64,000 bases of DNA from Paraphysomonas bandaiensis. Lineage: Eukaryota; Protista; Chrysophyceae. The notes beneath the pieces were generated by a model that saw only the letters and a program-made list of their open reading frames with translations, searched no databases and was not told where the DNA came from. Every line of letters begins with the position of its first letter. Positions within the stretch are counted from its first letter, which is position 1. The stretch spans positions 28,611 to 92,610 of the forward strand of contig CBFFRP010000375.1 of assembly GCA_965644295.1 (NCBI GenBank), read 5' to 3'. A program made the position numbers and the translations under genes. Below, in pieces: positions 36,301-49,569 of the stretch.

Positions 36301-39300
36301 CGAGAACTCACAGTAGTTTTATACATCACACGGAAAAATATGTTCACCGAATTTAATTCACGAGAGCCACCTTGCTGTCGCCTACTACCCGGTCTGGATT
36401 TGATATTGAAGGTATCGCAGTCTGTAATCTGGAGAATGGTAGATATCGGACAGCTACCAAGATTTCCAATCCTTATCCAAGTAACAATCGACATTCCACT
36501 CTGAGGCGATGGTGTCCTAGTAATCGGCGGTAGTACAACTTGAGAAGACAGTGGACAGCCTTGGTCGAAGTGAGTAAATAACTTTGGTCCTGGCAACTCC
36601 ACTGCCATTCCGAGCATATATAAAATTTGACACCCAGCATCATCCAAATCAGATTCGGCATTGATTACGTACTGTCGTGTACCTTTCAAAGGCAATAGGG
36701 GAACCACATTCATCACACCCATCATATCAGTATCATGAATAGTTCGTGCAATGGATACCAACATATCAAGTGCACATGCCGACACAGTTTGTCGAAGAAG
36801 CTGTGAGAGTACATGGCACAGCCTGGTGCGTGATGATTCTGCCGATGTCAACATAATTCTGGTGACAGCTAAATCAGTTCCTCTTCTGCTAATTATCTCA
36901 CCGTTTGAGGGATTGCCATCAATAAAATGGGACACAGCATTCAGCAAAATATTTTGGGACTCACCAGAGCATGCAAGAAGTGTACCGAATATTAATTCCG
37001 CACACTCACTGTTCCGAAATCGAAGCTGAGAATATTTCGGTTCCCAACCGACGACAGTGGTCCAGTCACCATTATTATTCGTGTCGTGAGAGCGAAGGAA
37101 CACCTGCAAGTGCTGTTCAACTGACTGAACTTTTAGAGAAGTTAGAAGAGGATCACTCTGACGAAAAATAACGGTGTCTACAAGACTTCCTCTATTTATA
37201 TCTCCTGACTCACTGCCACTTACTTTTTGTTCTGCAGAATCATTGGTACTTGCGTTTTGAGCTTGAGGTACATCGGCCCTGACAAGCAAGGAATCATACA
37301 AGACTCGTAAAATTAAATCATCTAAATGCGACAAACTCCAACCAAGGCCATCTAGCAAAGGATTATACTCCCCACTTTCACACCCCTCGTATACTTTTCC
37401 ATCTTGCAGGCCCCCACTACGAATAAAATGACTCCGACTACTCAACGCAGTTGAAATATCATCTGCACGAGGGCTATATGTAGAATCCCCAACAACTGAC
37501 GGTGGAGGAGTCGGCATTGTAGAGAAAGAATATCCTCTGGGAACCCCATGTAAAGAAAACGAACCACGACCAGTGCTCGCATCATCCCAATCAATACTGT
37601 CTGTTGTAAAAAGGGTAGACAGATCCTGCCTCGATTTGTTATCAACACTTCCCCGTAATACTCCTCCAGTACTACTTGACGACACTTGACGAGTATTCGA
37701 TGGTATAGAAGGACTACATGAAACGCTCCAGAATGCAAACGATGGACACACACAATCTGATATTTGCTTTACAGCAAGATTTCGAGCAAAAAATATGGGC
37801 GCTAAGTCGGATGCACTGGAACACGAATTTCCTTTATTCTTAAAAATACTTTTAGAAATCTCTCGGGTAGCAAATCTCAAGCACATGCACACTAGATTGC
37901 GGTCATCTTTCGAGTTCTCTAGCAGATGTTCATATTGTTTCCGAGTACATGACACTTCATTAGTCTTGAGCGCAGACAATCTCATCCAGGTTGAAAACGC
38001 AGGACTTGGAGCTAACCATTGTCCACCGCCAATACATAGCTCAATAAGCGTATTAGCAAGATATATATTTTGTCGATCAGAAGATGCATGTACAATAAAT
38101 GGTAAAATGGTCCTTGCAAATCGTGTCACTCCAAAGCAGTCATCAAACTTCTCTTTTGCCAGCCTGTTGTTTGTAATGAGACTTACAAATGCAGCAAGTG
38201 TACTCCACCACTCTTCAATATGTATATCCGATAGGCAATTGTCGCTATCATCAAATGTACAACAATCACTCTTAGAGCTATCACTACGAAATAATGCCGT
38301 CCGTATTCTGGAATCACATCTCTCCCCAAACAAGCAGTCCACAAAGAGTTCCACAGCGCCGTATTTGACCATATGTGATTGGATCCAGCGGTTCGATGTA
38401 GGAATGTGAAAATACAAAGCACCTGTAATTCCCAAAAAATGACCAAAATATGTTTTCTGAGGTATACATGCCTACCTTTTGACCCATTAGTTCTTGTGAT
38501 GTCCGCTGAGCATGTTGTATGCTGCAAGATACTAGTTAATTTGCTTTGCACGCTTGCAGCATGAGGATCAGACAGCAAAGGCAACCAGCTATCCCCTCCC
38601 ATCAATATCCTCAGTTCTTGAACAACAAATATCTTCACTGCAGAGGATACTAACTGGTGGCCTGCTGGAGGCAAAGCGCACACTATGCGACGATTATCAT
38701 CTTGTGACAGTGAATCTTTCTGAACTCCATTACAGGCGAAGTTGTTCCATGGATGCATCACATTATGCGACGATGACAGCTGTATATCATCATGAGCTGG
38801 GCATCCTAACAACCATACGAGCCATTTCAACAAAGATGTAGCGTGAGTTATGTCCGCACGATACGCACTAGCAATAATTTCTCTCAGTGTCCACACAGCA
38901 TACTGCTTATCGCTGGAGGTGAGTGCAAAAAAGCGACTTCTATCAGTTATCATCAGTACCAAACATGAATCGCCCCCAACTTCACGAAACGTTCGAATTC
39001 TATTTATCAAATCCACACGAGAAGTCGCTGGCAAATGAGCCAAGGCAGTATCACATTTAGCATCACAAAAATACCGCGATAAAACTTGAACACACAACGA
39101 AAAGCAAACGCGTCGTGACTTGTAATGGGTATCTTCGGGAGGCTCACAATCTCCTCCATAATTATCTACGGCCTCTGCAGCGCACTGCTCCCCAACAAAC
39201 CCATCAAACAAATCCACATTCCCGAAAACTGAATTACTTCCTGCAAGGTAAGCGGGTGGCAATCATGTCAGGGCAATAAACCACTGCACACAAGAATACC

Positions 39301-42300
39301 TGTTTCGTCATCATTAATCGCGGCAAAAATAAGATGACGCAATGTTAACAAAAGCGGGTGCAAGGTCACTTCTGGGATATCAAGATGTCTGGCCTATACC
39401 AATGTTAAAGTCAATAAGATCCAATGAATGTAGAACATACCCGTCTGTCGTCAACGATGCGTCGAATTTGACAAAGGAATAGCGCAATAACCGATGCAAT
39501 CGCCTCCAAATGTGCTGTTGCGAAAGGGGCGATGATATCCATGTTGGTGACATCTGAGGATTTCGTTTCAAATATAGAGCGTACTTCGTCATCAAGTTGT
39601 TCTCGCAGAGACTCATCCGTATACCCTGCAGATAGAATCGGGAATCGAACATGGGATCGTTTAGTTACCGCCTTGTGAAAAACTCGATCACATTCACGAC
39701 ACAATTTATGTAGACCTTCGCATATGCAGCTGAAAAGAGATATCATATTAACCAAAACATATCTAGTATACATACAACCTGTGATTAGAACATTCGAAAA
39801 CAGCATCCTCTGCTTCACAATATGAACATCGAGAAGATAATGATCCCACTACATTTTCCGAGTGCTGTCCTGTCAGAGACGATAGTGGAGTGCGCTTTGT
39901 TTCATTGTGAGATTTTCCAGGCTCTATACGAGGTGAAAGCGGTGGTAGCGTGTTTCGAACAGCTGCTGAGAACCGATATACCAGAAAAACGAAAAGTGAC
40001 AACTGTTGAACTCCAGACGTCGAGTCTATGACTGCTATTCGAAGTAACAAAGAGCTAACTAGTCTGATAAGCATAAGTGCTCTATCAACTTCATCGGCTA
40101 CATCACCAGGTTCTACTTCGTGGCTGAATATTGTATCCGCTGATGAGATAACACTGTTACTGACACGATTATCGCTGGGCTGGTTGAATTCTTGTCGAAC
40201 ACTGCCACTGCTTTCACCAGAATGGCCCGTAGAAGTCGATGTAATGTTGACACTTACACCACTTTGGCAATCATGCCCCTGCTCTGATTTTTGTAAAAAA
40301 GATAACGGGCGGGGTGAACTATGAGAAGCCTTGCTGTCGCCTTCACAGCTAACACTATCCAAATTTTGGTCAGTTCCACAATTACCGGTCAACTTTTTCA
40401 CTGTAACGTATTTTAAAATACTGTTCTCGACAAGTAACGTCGACAGCATACGCACACCTCCACAAGAACGCAATGCGACAACACACAATGGGTTAATTCG
40501 CAATATAGCATCTATGATCACGATGCCCAACTGTCTCAGCGGGCCAGAGCTACCCAAGAATCTAACTACAAACTTCAAGGCCTCCATATTGCGGACAAAA
40601 TATCCATTGCGCCTGGCATCATCATACGATGAATCCATGCAGTATTTCATCATACTACGCGTGATAATAGTATCAAAAACAAGCGACAATATGAACACTA
40701 CCACGCTCGAATCACAATCAGGTGACCAGTGGCTTCGCTCCATGGGCTCTGAATGCGAAAACATTCCAGAGGTAATTTCATGCTCAACACACTCCGAGCA
40801 CCCATTGCAGCTTTTCATCTTGCCTCTGGCTTCAACAAGTGCATTGATTCTAATGAACAAAGCATCATAACCTCCACGAGCACCAAAATCTTTCTGTGCG
40901 GACTGGTGAGTACATAAATATCTTCTAGTTGTACACAGCAGACAACAAGCCATATCATCTCTATATCGTGGCACTGAATGTATATCAGCCAAACTCAATA
41001 TCAACAAAGAGGTAACATCCTGTGGTTCGAGCATTACAAAATCACATTGGCATAGGATATTATCACTCGCTACCTGGTCCACCATATGGTTTATCACACT
41101 TTCTTCTCTATCAAAATGAACCTGCGGTCCCCCCGTGTCCATGCTTACAGAGGCTTCGCTAACCGGCATTCTGTCCTCTATTCCATTCTCAGGTGCAGAT
41201 ACAAGAGTCTCTAGTCGTTGGTTTTCGGCCTCAATGTCTGATTGGAGTATCGCGATATCGAACTTTGGTGTCTCACATAACACAGCATCTTCGTTCCCGC
41301 CATCTGTCGCCGGTGGAACTCTGTCCCCACCATTTAAACGCTGAAGCCATGTCGCAGAGAGAGGAGCACTGCTGCACAAAAGGTAAACACGCTACGGAGA
41401 AACAGAAAAATTAAACACCTGATGATCTCGTGCACAACACTGAACGCCATGCTTATACCTCTCGTGGCCATAGATAACGGACTCTCATCATTAGCTGAAG
41501 ATTGTTGTGTTGAATGTGGTCGAATAACGTTCGGGACGCTGGAACTACTACTACTGCCTTTGATAGAGAAGTCAGCTTGCTGTTGATTTCCGTGCATGTT
41601 GTTTCTTTGTTGTGTTTCTATGGCAGCACTACTCCCGTTGAGACAACCGTGCTGCACGGCAAGCACCTCAACAAGTAGGTCTGTGTAGCGGGAGCAAGTC
41701 TGATGCGACGCCGAAATGATATCTCCAGACGACGCTTCCACAGTCAACAGATCGCTCAATGCTCGGAAACCTCCGGCTCGACAAAACTATGGAATAGATA
41801 AAACATATCTAACGCTAATTAATTGAAATGGATATCACTTTACCTCAATCCTACAGTCAGCGTGACGCACAACATGCCCCACTATCGACAGTGTCAACCG
41901 TCTATCCTCGTGGTATTCAACACTCTTTAGAACAGTCAAAATACGACTATAACACGATTATATCATAAAACAGCCTTCCGTATTATCAAATGTACCTGAC
42001 AATGCCATGTGCGCTCACAATTTGTTCACGATTCTTTTCTTCACGGAGACACAGCTCACCAACTAATAGTGCTTTACGCAGCGCATCTCCTAAAGTACTA
42101 CGTTCTGATGTGTCAAGTGAGTTCCACTGTTCCCTCAGCTGCAACGCTGAGCGCTGGGCCACATCAAGCAGGCCTGTTATAATGACAGATATGTCTTCAA
42201 ACAATTCATCCATTATCGTAGGAAGCTGGGCATCTGCATCTAGGATATTCTCCATAAAAGATGATAGTGTCTGAAGTCTCGCGGCATCACCACTACCATT

Positions 42301-42434
42301 AGCATCATTCTATACACGATATATAACACTATAGAGTCAGAGTAATAATATATAACCTGCAAATATTCTGCCCATAAATTACGCAGAATTTTCCCAGTGC
42401 GATGTACAGAGAGTCTTTTCTTTATTATTTGCAT
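30371..42434 (-). CDS. Very large multi-exon BEACH-family-like protein (ARM repeats, B-box-like finger, ConA-like domain, DUF4704-like region); no PH-BEACH-WD40 seen
   Basis: Neurobeachin/WDFY-like motifs QKDFGARGGY, FREVGG, GMSIVTWIRI, WHLLCVS, GFSGFLGG, LGGLVVWYPLL, NVEILCGQKDWLLWI; consecutive ORFs joined by short GT-AG introns; stop at 30371. Confidence 0.75.
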
Positions 42435-42959
42435 TTCTGATAGTGATTTAGAAGAATATAAGAGGTAACATACACTTGTTCTATATCGTATTATACGATG
42501 ATAAGTATTACTATTAAGCGAGCTGGACACTGAAGAGAAGACAGCAAATGGAACGATGATATCCTCGAATTAAATCATTCATATGAAAGCATAATATATT
42601 CATGTTCAAGAACTTCATATCGAGACCATTCAAATAATGAAACATATGAACAAGCCCGCATCATATCATCTACAGTATCTCATATATATCATAGTCAAGT
42701 CACATGTCATGAGAGGTCGCAGTGATCCACTTCCACTTCATTCATTATTACACTTCAGACTTCTGGCCACAATAGAATAATACAATGTATTTTATATTGT
42801 AGTTTTTATTGGAATATAAAACGAAGTCACGAGCAGCAGATTATTACCAGTATATATTTAAATTTCATCTCAGTCACTTATACACAGTTGCCCTTTACTC
42901 TGGAATATCATACCAGTGATATCCTCAGCTACTGTATATTATCTTTGCTCATTATTACC
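42435..42959. promoter_or_regulatory. Probable bidirectional promoter between head-to-head genes
   Basis: 525-bp AT-rich spacer between ATG 42434(-) and ATG 42960(+); inferred from gene layout only. Confidence 0.6.
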
Positions 42960-45095
42960 ATGTCATCTGGGCCTGAGTTATCTGCAGCTGCAATGATAAA
43001 ACGATTTCGTGAAGGCAAACCAATGAGTCGTGAAGAGCGTAGGACCAGAGACATTGGTGAGATGTGGTGGATAGATAAAGATAAACCCTTGGAGGATGAT
43101 AATTCAGATAGCATTGAATCACTTCCTCGTCCTTCTCCGCTGAAACCTATGAATCAATCCCGGCCCACTGATGTAGATAAGTTTAAGGACGATCTTGACC
43201 CATTGTCACATTACAGATTCTCGGATTCATTTGATAACAGAAGAAGTAACAGAGGAAAGCAGGAAGTAAAGAATCTTTCATGGCGTCACGAATCTATTGA
43301 CGATCTTATAGCTGGTGACATAAGTGATACGCATAGAATGGCTCCAATATTCCGTAGTAGTGGGTCGCAGAGCAAATATTTCCGAAATGATGATACCGCT
43401 AAAGGGAGAACACACAGTTCACTACTAAATGATTCATATGAGTTCAAGCACCCAAGTGTAATGGATAGTTTGGAAGGTAATAGGGATGTACTGCACACAC
43501 GTGATGGCCTGGGTGTTTCTGTGGACACACTAGGCAGTGCCGGGTTTAAAGCTCTACTAGCTCCTCATCTGAAACTAGATGGAAAGGATATTACGCCGAC
43601 TGTGGTAGATGGAGGTACTAAAATGGATGATATCAATTCAGGCCTTGAAGTGCTTATTAAAACACTTGGAGGGCGACAAGAGAAGTTTCTGACGGAACAT
43701 GGGGTGGATGAAACCGTCACACAAGTAAGTTGGCATCTCGCACGCGATTAGTAGTATGCTCATGTATATACATGTACATATATTTATATGTCTACTCTAA
43801 CACTTGACACGTTACAGGTCTGTAATAGGCTGCAGGCTGATATGAGCAGCTTTACAGCTGCGTTCAAAGAGAAACATTCTGCTGAAGAAGCGGCAGAGGC
43901 AGCGCAGCGTGCCCGCGACGAGGAGATGCGGGAAGCCGGTCGACAAGAAGAACGGGCTCGGGCTGTCTTAGACTACCAGTATTTTAGGTCTCTCACAGAC
44001 GAACCACACTCTTCAAAACGATTGCCAGAGCGTGACGCTAGCCAGAACAGTCCAGAGTCTGGTGAAGAATGCAAGGTCTCTGGCAAAGACCCTTCTGACC
44101 CTTCTGCCACTAGTGTAAATAGTCGACCTAATGGTTATAGACACGGTGTATATAACAGGCCCCCATGGCGGGAACAGCTGCTGGACGAAATATGTGACTC
44201 TGCTTCGACATTTTTTCCAGATAATGCTTTCGCAGAAGCTGGAAGTCAGGCTGATATTTTGCGTCGAGGAAACAGGGGGCGAAAGGTAATGGCTTCATCG
44301 CACACCTTGCACTTACCGGACCCTCCCGCTGCGTGGTTGCGACGGCCCTGTTCCTCTGATCTTGTTCCGCCACCGAAGCCTGATCCCCCCGCTCCTGACA
44401 GTGACCATGAAAAAGAAACACAGATAGAGGGTCCAAGTGTACGACATAGCGTTGTTAGTCGCGCAGCCCGAGATGTAATTGAGGTTACCTTAAATTCCGC
44501 TATGAAGACCCTCAGCATGCGTTTACCAGAAGGAAGTGAAGTCGAAGCAAAGGAGACAAGTACTACAATGATTGCTAATGATCCGGAAGTAAAGAAGAGT
44601 GACGCACCGATTCCATCATCTGCCCCTGACACAGGGAAAGTTACAATGTCCAAGGATGACCTCAAGACGTTGGACGATTTGCTCGACAAGCATGCTGCAG
44701 ACCTTTCACCTCACCTTCACTCTATACTTGATTTTACACCAACGGGTCGGGCACCTATTGCCTTTCATACTATGGCAGATGTTGAAACAGCATGGGCACG
44801 TCCTGCAGGCCGAAGGGTTAGAAGTTTAAATATGCAAAGCGGCAACTACAAACCCTCTGCACCATTTGTGCATATAGAGATGCAGGCGCCCCCTCAACCT
44901 CCGCCTGTGGCAGCTCGTCATACGAAGAGACCGCCAAATATTACCTCTTCTTCACAAAATTATGACTATAGCCAAAACAGACGTGAAAGATCGCCTCACA
45001 TATCAAACCTGCAGAATGATAGTTCTTTTCACTCAAGGGAACGTTACCTTCGAGATATGAGGGCATTTCGACTACAATTCAGCAGTAGTTGCTAG
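42960..45095 (+). CDS. Largely disordered protein with a PROSER3-like N-terminal motif; join(42960..43724,43818..45095)
   Basis: IKRFREGKPMSREER...MWWI resembles, from memory, the PROSER3 motif RFR..P.SREER...FWWL; GTAAGT...CAG phase-0 intron. Confidence 0.65.
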
Positions 45096-45452
45096 ATGTA
45101 TTTATCACAATGTGTACGTTATTAGTCCATAATATCCATAAATAACTTTATGAATTGTTGATATAATACAGAAAGTTGCTCATAATTGTCCTACACTTCG
45201 TGTAGTTGTTTTGTGTGTAATCTCGAAGTGTACGTAGTGAATAACGCGAGCCGTAAGAGGGATTGGCGTGAAGTTAAAAGATATATAATATGTAATATCC
45301 CTAGATACTAGGGATGCGAAACAACTTATCGATTTCCAATAAGTGAAATTGGGACAGGAAATGACAATGGCAAACACAATAGACTAAAACCTGCTTCAAT
45401 TGATTATAACATGAAATATAAGTAATACGATCAATTTGATAATGGTCAAGTC

Positions 45453-45566
45453 ATGTGATTGGAGTTTTGCTGGTCAAGGAAGGTATTTACTTTATGACTA
45501 CATTGGAAATCGTGCTGATTTAATATGAGTAAGCTTGATAAGCATGTAGAATGCACTGATTCGATA
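45453..45566. repeat. 114-bp direct repeat flanking the truncated Copia (partner 48090..48203)
   Basis: ATGTGATTGGAG...GATTCGATA is the same in both copies. Confidence 0.93.
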
Positions 45567-48092
45567 AAATAAGATTTAAGGTTAGTCTTGATATTTAGCA
45601 AGGATATACTTGATATTATTAGAGATAAAGATTGAACGATAAGGCCTAATAGTATAATAGCAAGACATGTTTGAGCAGAGCGTTAGCACCACACGTGTGC
45701 GTATCTTGTACAGTCGCGTATCATGTATAGTTTGGTAATTATTCAGTCTATTTGGTATTTCATTGTATACGTGTGTTGTATTCACGCGTTAAGAGATATA
45801 TGTGAATCAATGACTCCTAATACTCCTCCTCAATGAAATAATCATATGACGTATACATAGATATATGGATATAGGTGTATATATTTGGAGATAGTTCTAC
45901 TGAGGGTAAAACCCACGAGTGTAATCACAGATTGTGGATTACACTGATGTCAACATACAGCATACTCGTGGGAAACTCCGTAGATCTCTAAGTCATCCAT
46001 CGTGGTCTCTTGGTTGAGTTCTCTGCCGGTGGGATAGATACTTTTGTTCTTTTATTGCTAGCAGGTATGTTGATACCTCCCCCCCCCCATTAGTGAATCC
46101 CGCAATCTGTGGAACGTGTTTGATGTGAGGGGTTTAGTTAGAATGTCGGCCAGCATATATAAGCAGCCACGTGGCCTTTGATGACTGTGATTCTTGTCGT
46201 GATGTATTGGAGGCCATCCTGTGGATCTGTGTAGGTCATTCCAACGAGGTATTGGAAGCTCTCGGCTATTCGATTCTCTGAATTTTCTTCTCTCAGTGAT
46301 GATTCGATTTCAGCGTAATAGTTTTCTTTGACGTCGGGGATGCACTCATTGAAAAAGACGTGACTTGAGATTACAAAGTCCTTGAGTGAAGGTACATATA
46401 TGACGTACCCTGGTCCATCCTCTCGGTATCCCATGAAGTACCCAATATGGCTGTGTGGAGACCAATCGTTTCTTCTCTGAGACTTGTCTATGAATGTATG
46501 GCATTTGCAACCCCAGATCCTGGCGTAAGATAAATCGGGGGCCTCGTCGTGGATGAACTGATACGGTGATATGAATCCCTTTGCAGTGGCGCATGGCAGG
46601 CGATTTTTCCTATGCGTGACGGTGGACATGGCCTGTTCCCAGAAGTTGGGTGGTAGGCCTGAGTTGCAAATGGATGCAAGCGTTCTTTCCTTGGTCGTGC
46701 GCCATGGTCGTTCTTGAATGGGGTTGTCTTCAGGCGTGTATGGAGCGTTGAAGGTCCAGGTTGATCCTAATTTTCTCAGCAAGTTCAGTACACGATGTGA
46801 AACTAGCTCACGGCCACCATCAGCATGATAGTGTATTAGCCGTTTGCCTTTCGAATGCAGATAATCCACAATTTTCTGAATGCACTCAATGACAAAATCC
46901 TCGGTTCTGTGTTTTCCATAGAATGTTCAACTGTATCTTGAAGCTGCATCGGTAGCTCCGAAGACTACGGTGTTTCCTGTGACTATTGCTGGAGGTGAAA
47001 ATGGTCCAGTAAAATCAACTGCTATAAGCCCTCCAAGCTCCTGCGATCTTCTGGTTTTTGTCGGTATCATTTGCCTTGTCTCGCGCCTATGTTTCCTCCT
47101 GTGAGCCTTGCCTTGCGCAGCCATCACAAAGGCCTTCAGGTAGCTGTGGCGAGCTCAGGTCGGATTTTGAAATGGTGATTCCTTTTACAAGATTCAATTT
47201 TAGTGCTTTTTGAATTAAGCCAGTGGATGCGTGGGTCAACCTTCAATGTGCCAGGGAAATCGAGGAACCGCTGGATGTAGATGCCAAGTTGCACTGGTCT
47301 TGGATGTAACCTAAATCGGATAATTTGACCTCGTATAGACCGTTTTGTTTCCTGGCTGTGGTTAACAAAATTCCATCGTGGTATACGCGTGCCTCGTTTG
47401 GTTCGAATATAATGTTGCAGTCGGCGTCTGTTGTCAACTGGCTGATAGAAATTAAAGTCTTTGACGCATCCGGAACTAACTTGCACTTTCTGATTAGTCC
47501 AAGCTTGCCGTATCCCAATGCCTGCATTTCTGATCCTGATTTGGCGGTGTAAATTGTGGTTTGGTCATAAGTGAATTCGGAGAGTAAGCTTCGTGCTGCT
47601 GTAATTGATATTGTGCAGCCAGAGTCTAGAATGCCGAATTCACTTATGACCAAACCACAATTTACACCGCCAAATCAGGATCAGAAATGCAGGCATTGGG
47701 ATACGGCAAGCTTGGACTAATCAGAAAGTGCAAGTTAGTTCCGGATGCGTCAAAGACTTTAATTTCTATCAGCCAGTTGACAACAGACGCCGACTGCAAC
47801 ATTATATTCGAACCAAACGAGGCACGCGTATACCACGATGGAATTTTGTTAACCACAGCCAGGAAACAAAACGGTCTATACGAGGTCAAATTATCCGATT
47901 TAGGTTACATCCAAGACCAGTGCAACTTGGCATCTACATCCAGCGGTTCCTCGATTTCCCTGGCACATTGAAGGTTGACCCACGCATCCATTGGCTTAAT
48001 TCAAAAAGCACTAAAATTGAATCTTGTAAAAGGAATCACCATTTCAAAATCCGACCTGAGCTCGCCACAGCTACCTGAAGGCCTTTGTGATG
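45565..48092 (-). mobile_element. Defective Copia: putative 3' LTR (~45565..45822), PPT, integrase and protease; RT/RNase H deleted; 5' end folded back
   Basis: ILDSGCT protease, AVDF/HADGG/QERP integrase, WGCK..GYFMGY; PPT TTGAGGAGGAG (45833..45823) followed by TATTAG. The LTR is seen only once. Confidence 0.85.
47123..48092. repeat. Near-perfect inverted repeat: 47123..47580 / 47634..48092, 53-bp spacer
   Basis: Mirrored ORFs; one mismatch noted (47223 vs ~47991). Confidence 0.95.
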
Positions 48093-48203
48093 TGATTGGA
48101 GTTTTGCTGGTCAAGGAAGGTATTTACTTTATGACTACATTGGAAATCGTGCTGATTTAATATGAGTAAGCTTGATAAGCATGTAGAATGCACTGATTCG
48201 ATA
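48090..48203. repeat. Second copy of the 114-bp direct repeat
   Basis: Matches 45453..45566. Confidence 0.93.
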
Positions 48204-48370
48204 CTCATATAAACAGCTCTTCAGAAGTAGTGATATGTAATTTATATAAGCAAGAGAAAACTGCTAGCCACTAATGCGCCCTTACCACGACCGGTGTTCT
48301 CATATTATTACAAAACTTTATACAACTGACTCATATCTTCAAATCATAGAGAAATCAGTCCATAACAATC

Positions 48371-49406
48371 TCATTCCGTTCTCCATCTATTCCCACAAGT
48401 CAAGCATGTCACAAAAAGAGTCATAGGTTCATCAGAACTTCTTGTTTGGAGTGCATAAAAAGTAGTTTTCGTCTGTTTACACTTGAAACATTTAAATTCT
48501 GTGCCTTTCGTTGGATCCAGTCCATTTTCTTTCATTATCTCATTTCGATGAGCTGCCTTCCAATCCGATCGTCTTGAATCTTCTGCCTCAGCACTGGCTT
48601 GATTACGTTCTTCCAATTGGTCACGCGTCGCCAGGGCCGACGCAGGAAGGCGAACAAGTGATTGGACAGAAAGTGATCCGCTCGATAATTCTCTTCGCAA
48701 TTCCTACATGAATATGACGCATAATGTTCTATTCAAGATATATCGTAAATATTACCGCGTTATTCTTCAAATTAGATATCAACTTCCGCGCTTTCCACTG
48801 ATACGATTTAATATCAGTGCCAAACGGGTGCAGCTCGTTTAAAGAAGATTCGATGCCATAGCCAAGGCCCTCAGCAATGTCAGAATCCAACTCTTTAAAT
48901 ATTCCAATAAATACCGACAAAATCTACACAAACATTAGGCAAATTGTTGGAGAATCATCATCAACCTTTTTTCGACCTTCCGGATAATCGTCGATTTGCA
49001 GATTACTGTTTCTGAGAACCACATCAGTTTTTACTGCAGGCTTCGGCGCAGAAGGCGTCTGAGATTTCTGTTCCGCTTGTGCAGGTGGTTCTAAATCCTT
49101 TGATTTGTTGTAAATCTCTTTCCATTTTTGGATCAATTCTTTTGCTAGAGTTACTATTTCTCTGTCCTCACTACATTTTTGTTTCACTGATTTAACTGTG
49201 ACGTAAACTTTCGTAGATTTTAATACACTAAATGTAATATTAACACCCTTCAGTGAACGTAATATATCAACAATAGTCTCTCTCTGCAGGAAAGTTAGTA
49301 TGTATTAGATGTAGATATATAGCAGTCGTATTACCGAGTCGGCCTTTTCAGCTCTCTCCAAAGAATCCCGAAGAGATATCACGTCAGCAGATATTCGACT
49401 AGACAT
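48371..49406 (-). CDS. TCEA1: Transcription elongation factor TFIIS, 4 exons
   Basis: N-terminal domain I (LAKELIQKWK), domain II (Y..KARKLISNLK), Zn ribbon CFKC...QTRSSDEPMT.FVTCLTCGNRW; three short introns. Confidence 0.93.
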
Positions 49407-49525
49407 ACCGTCAGATAGTAAAAATTCAGTGAGATAAAGAAAGCGGGAGACACTTTTCAGTCACAGTGATTACCGCCTTTAATAGAATGTTGCTACATTC
49501 CACAAGAAGGAGCTTCACACACAAG

Positions 49526-49569
49526 ACATACATACATACATACATACATACATACATACATACATACAT
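49526..49569. repeat. (ACAT)11 microsatellite
   Basis: Read directly. Confidence 0.95.

Noticed and set aside
31212-41414. Many short plus-strand ORFs opposite the BEACH-like gene
   Set aside because: Antisense shadows of long coding exons with no independent motifs.
45453-48203. The 114-bp repeats as the element's LTR pair
   Set aside because: No PBS, the right copy joins mid-pol, and the PPT lies ~260 bp inside. A host duplication fits better, though this is not proven.
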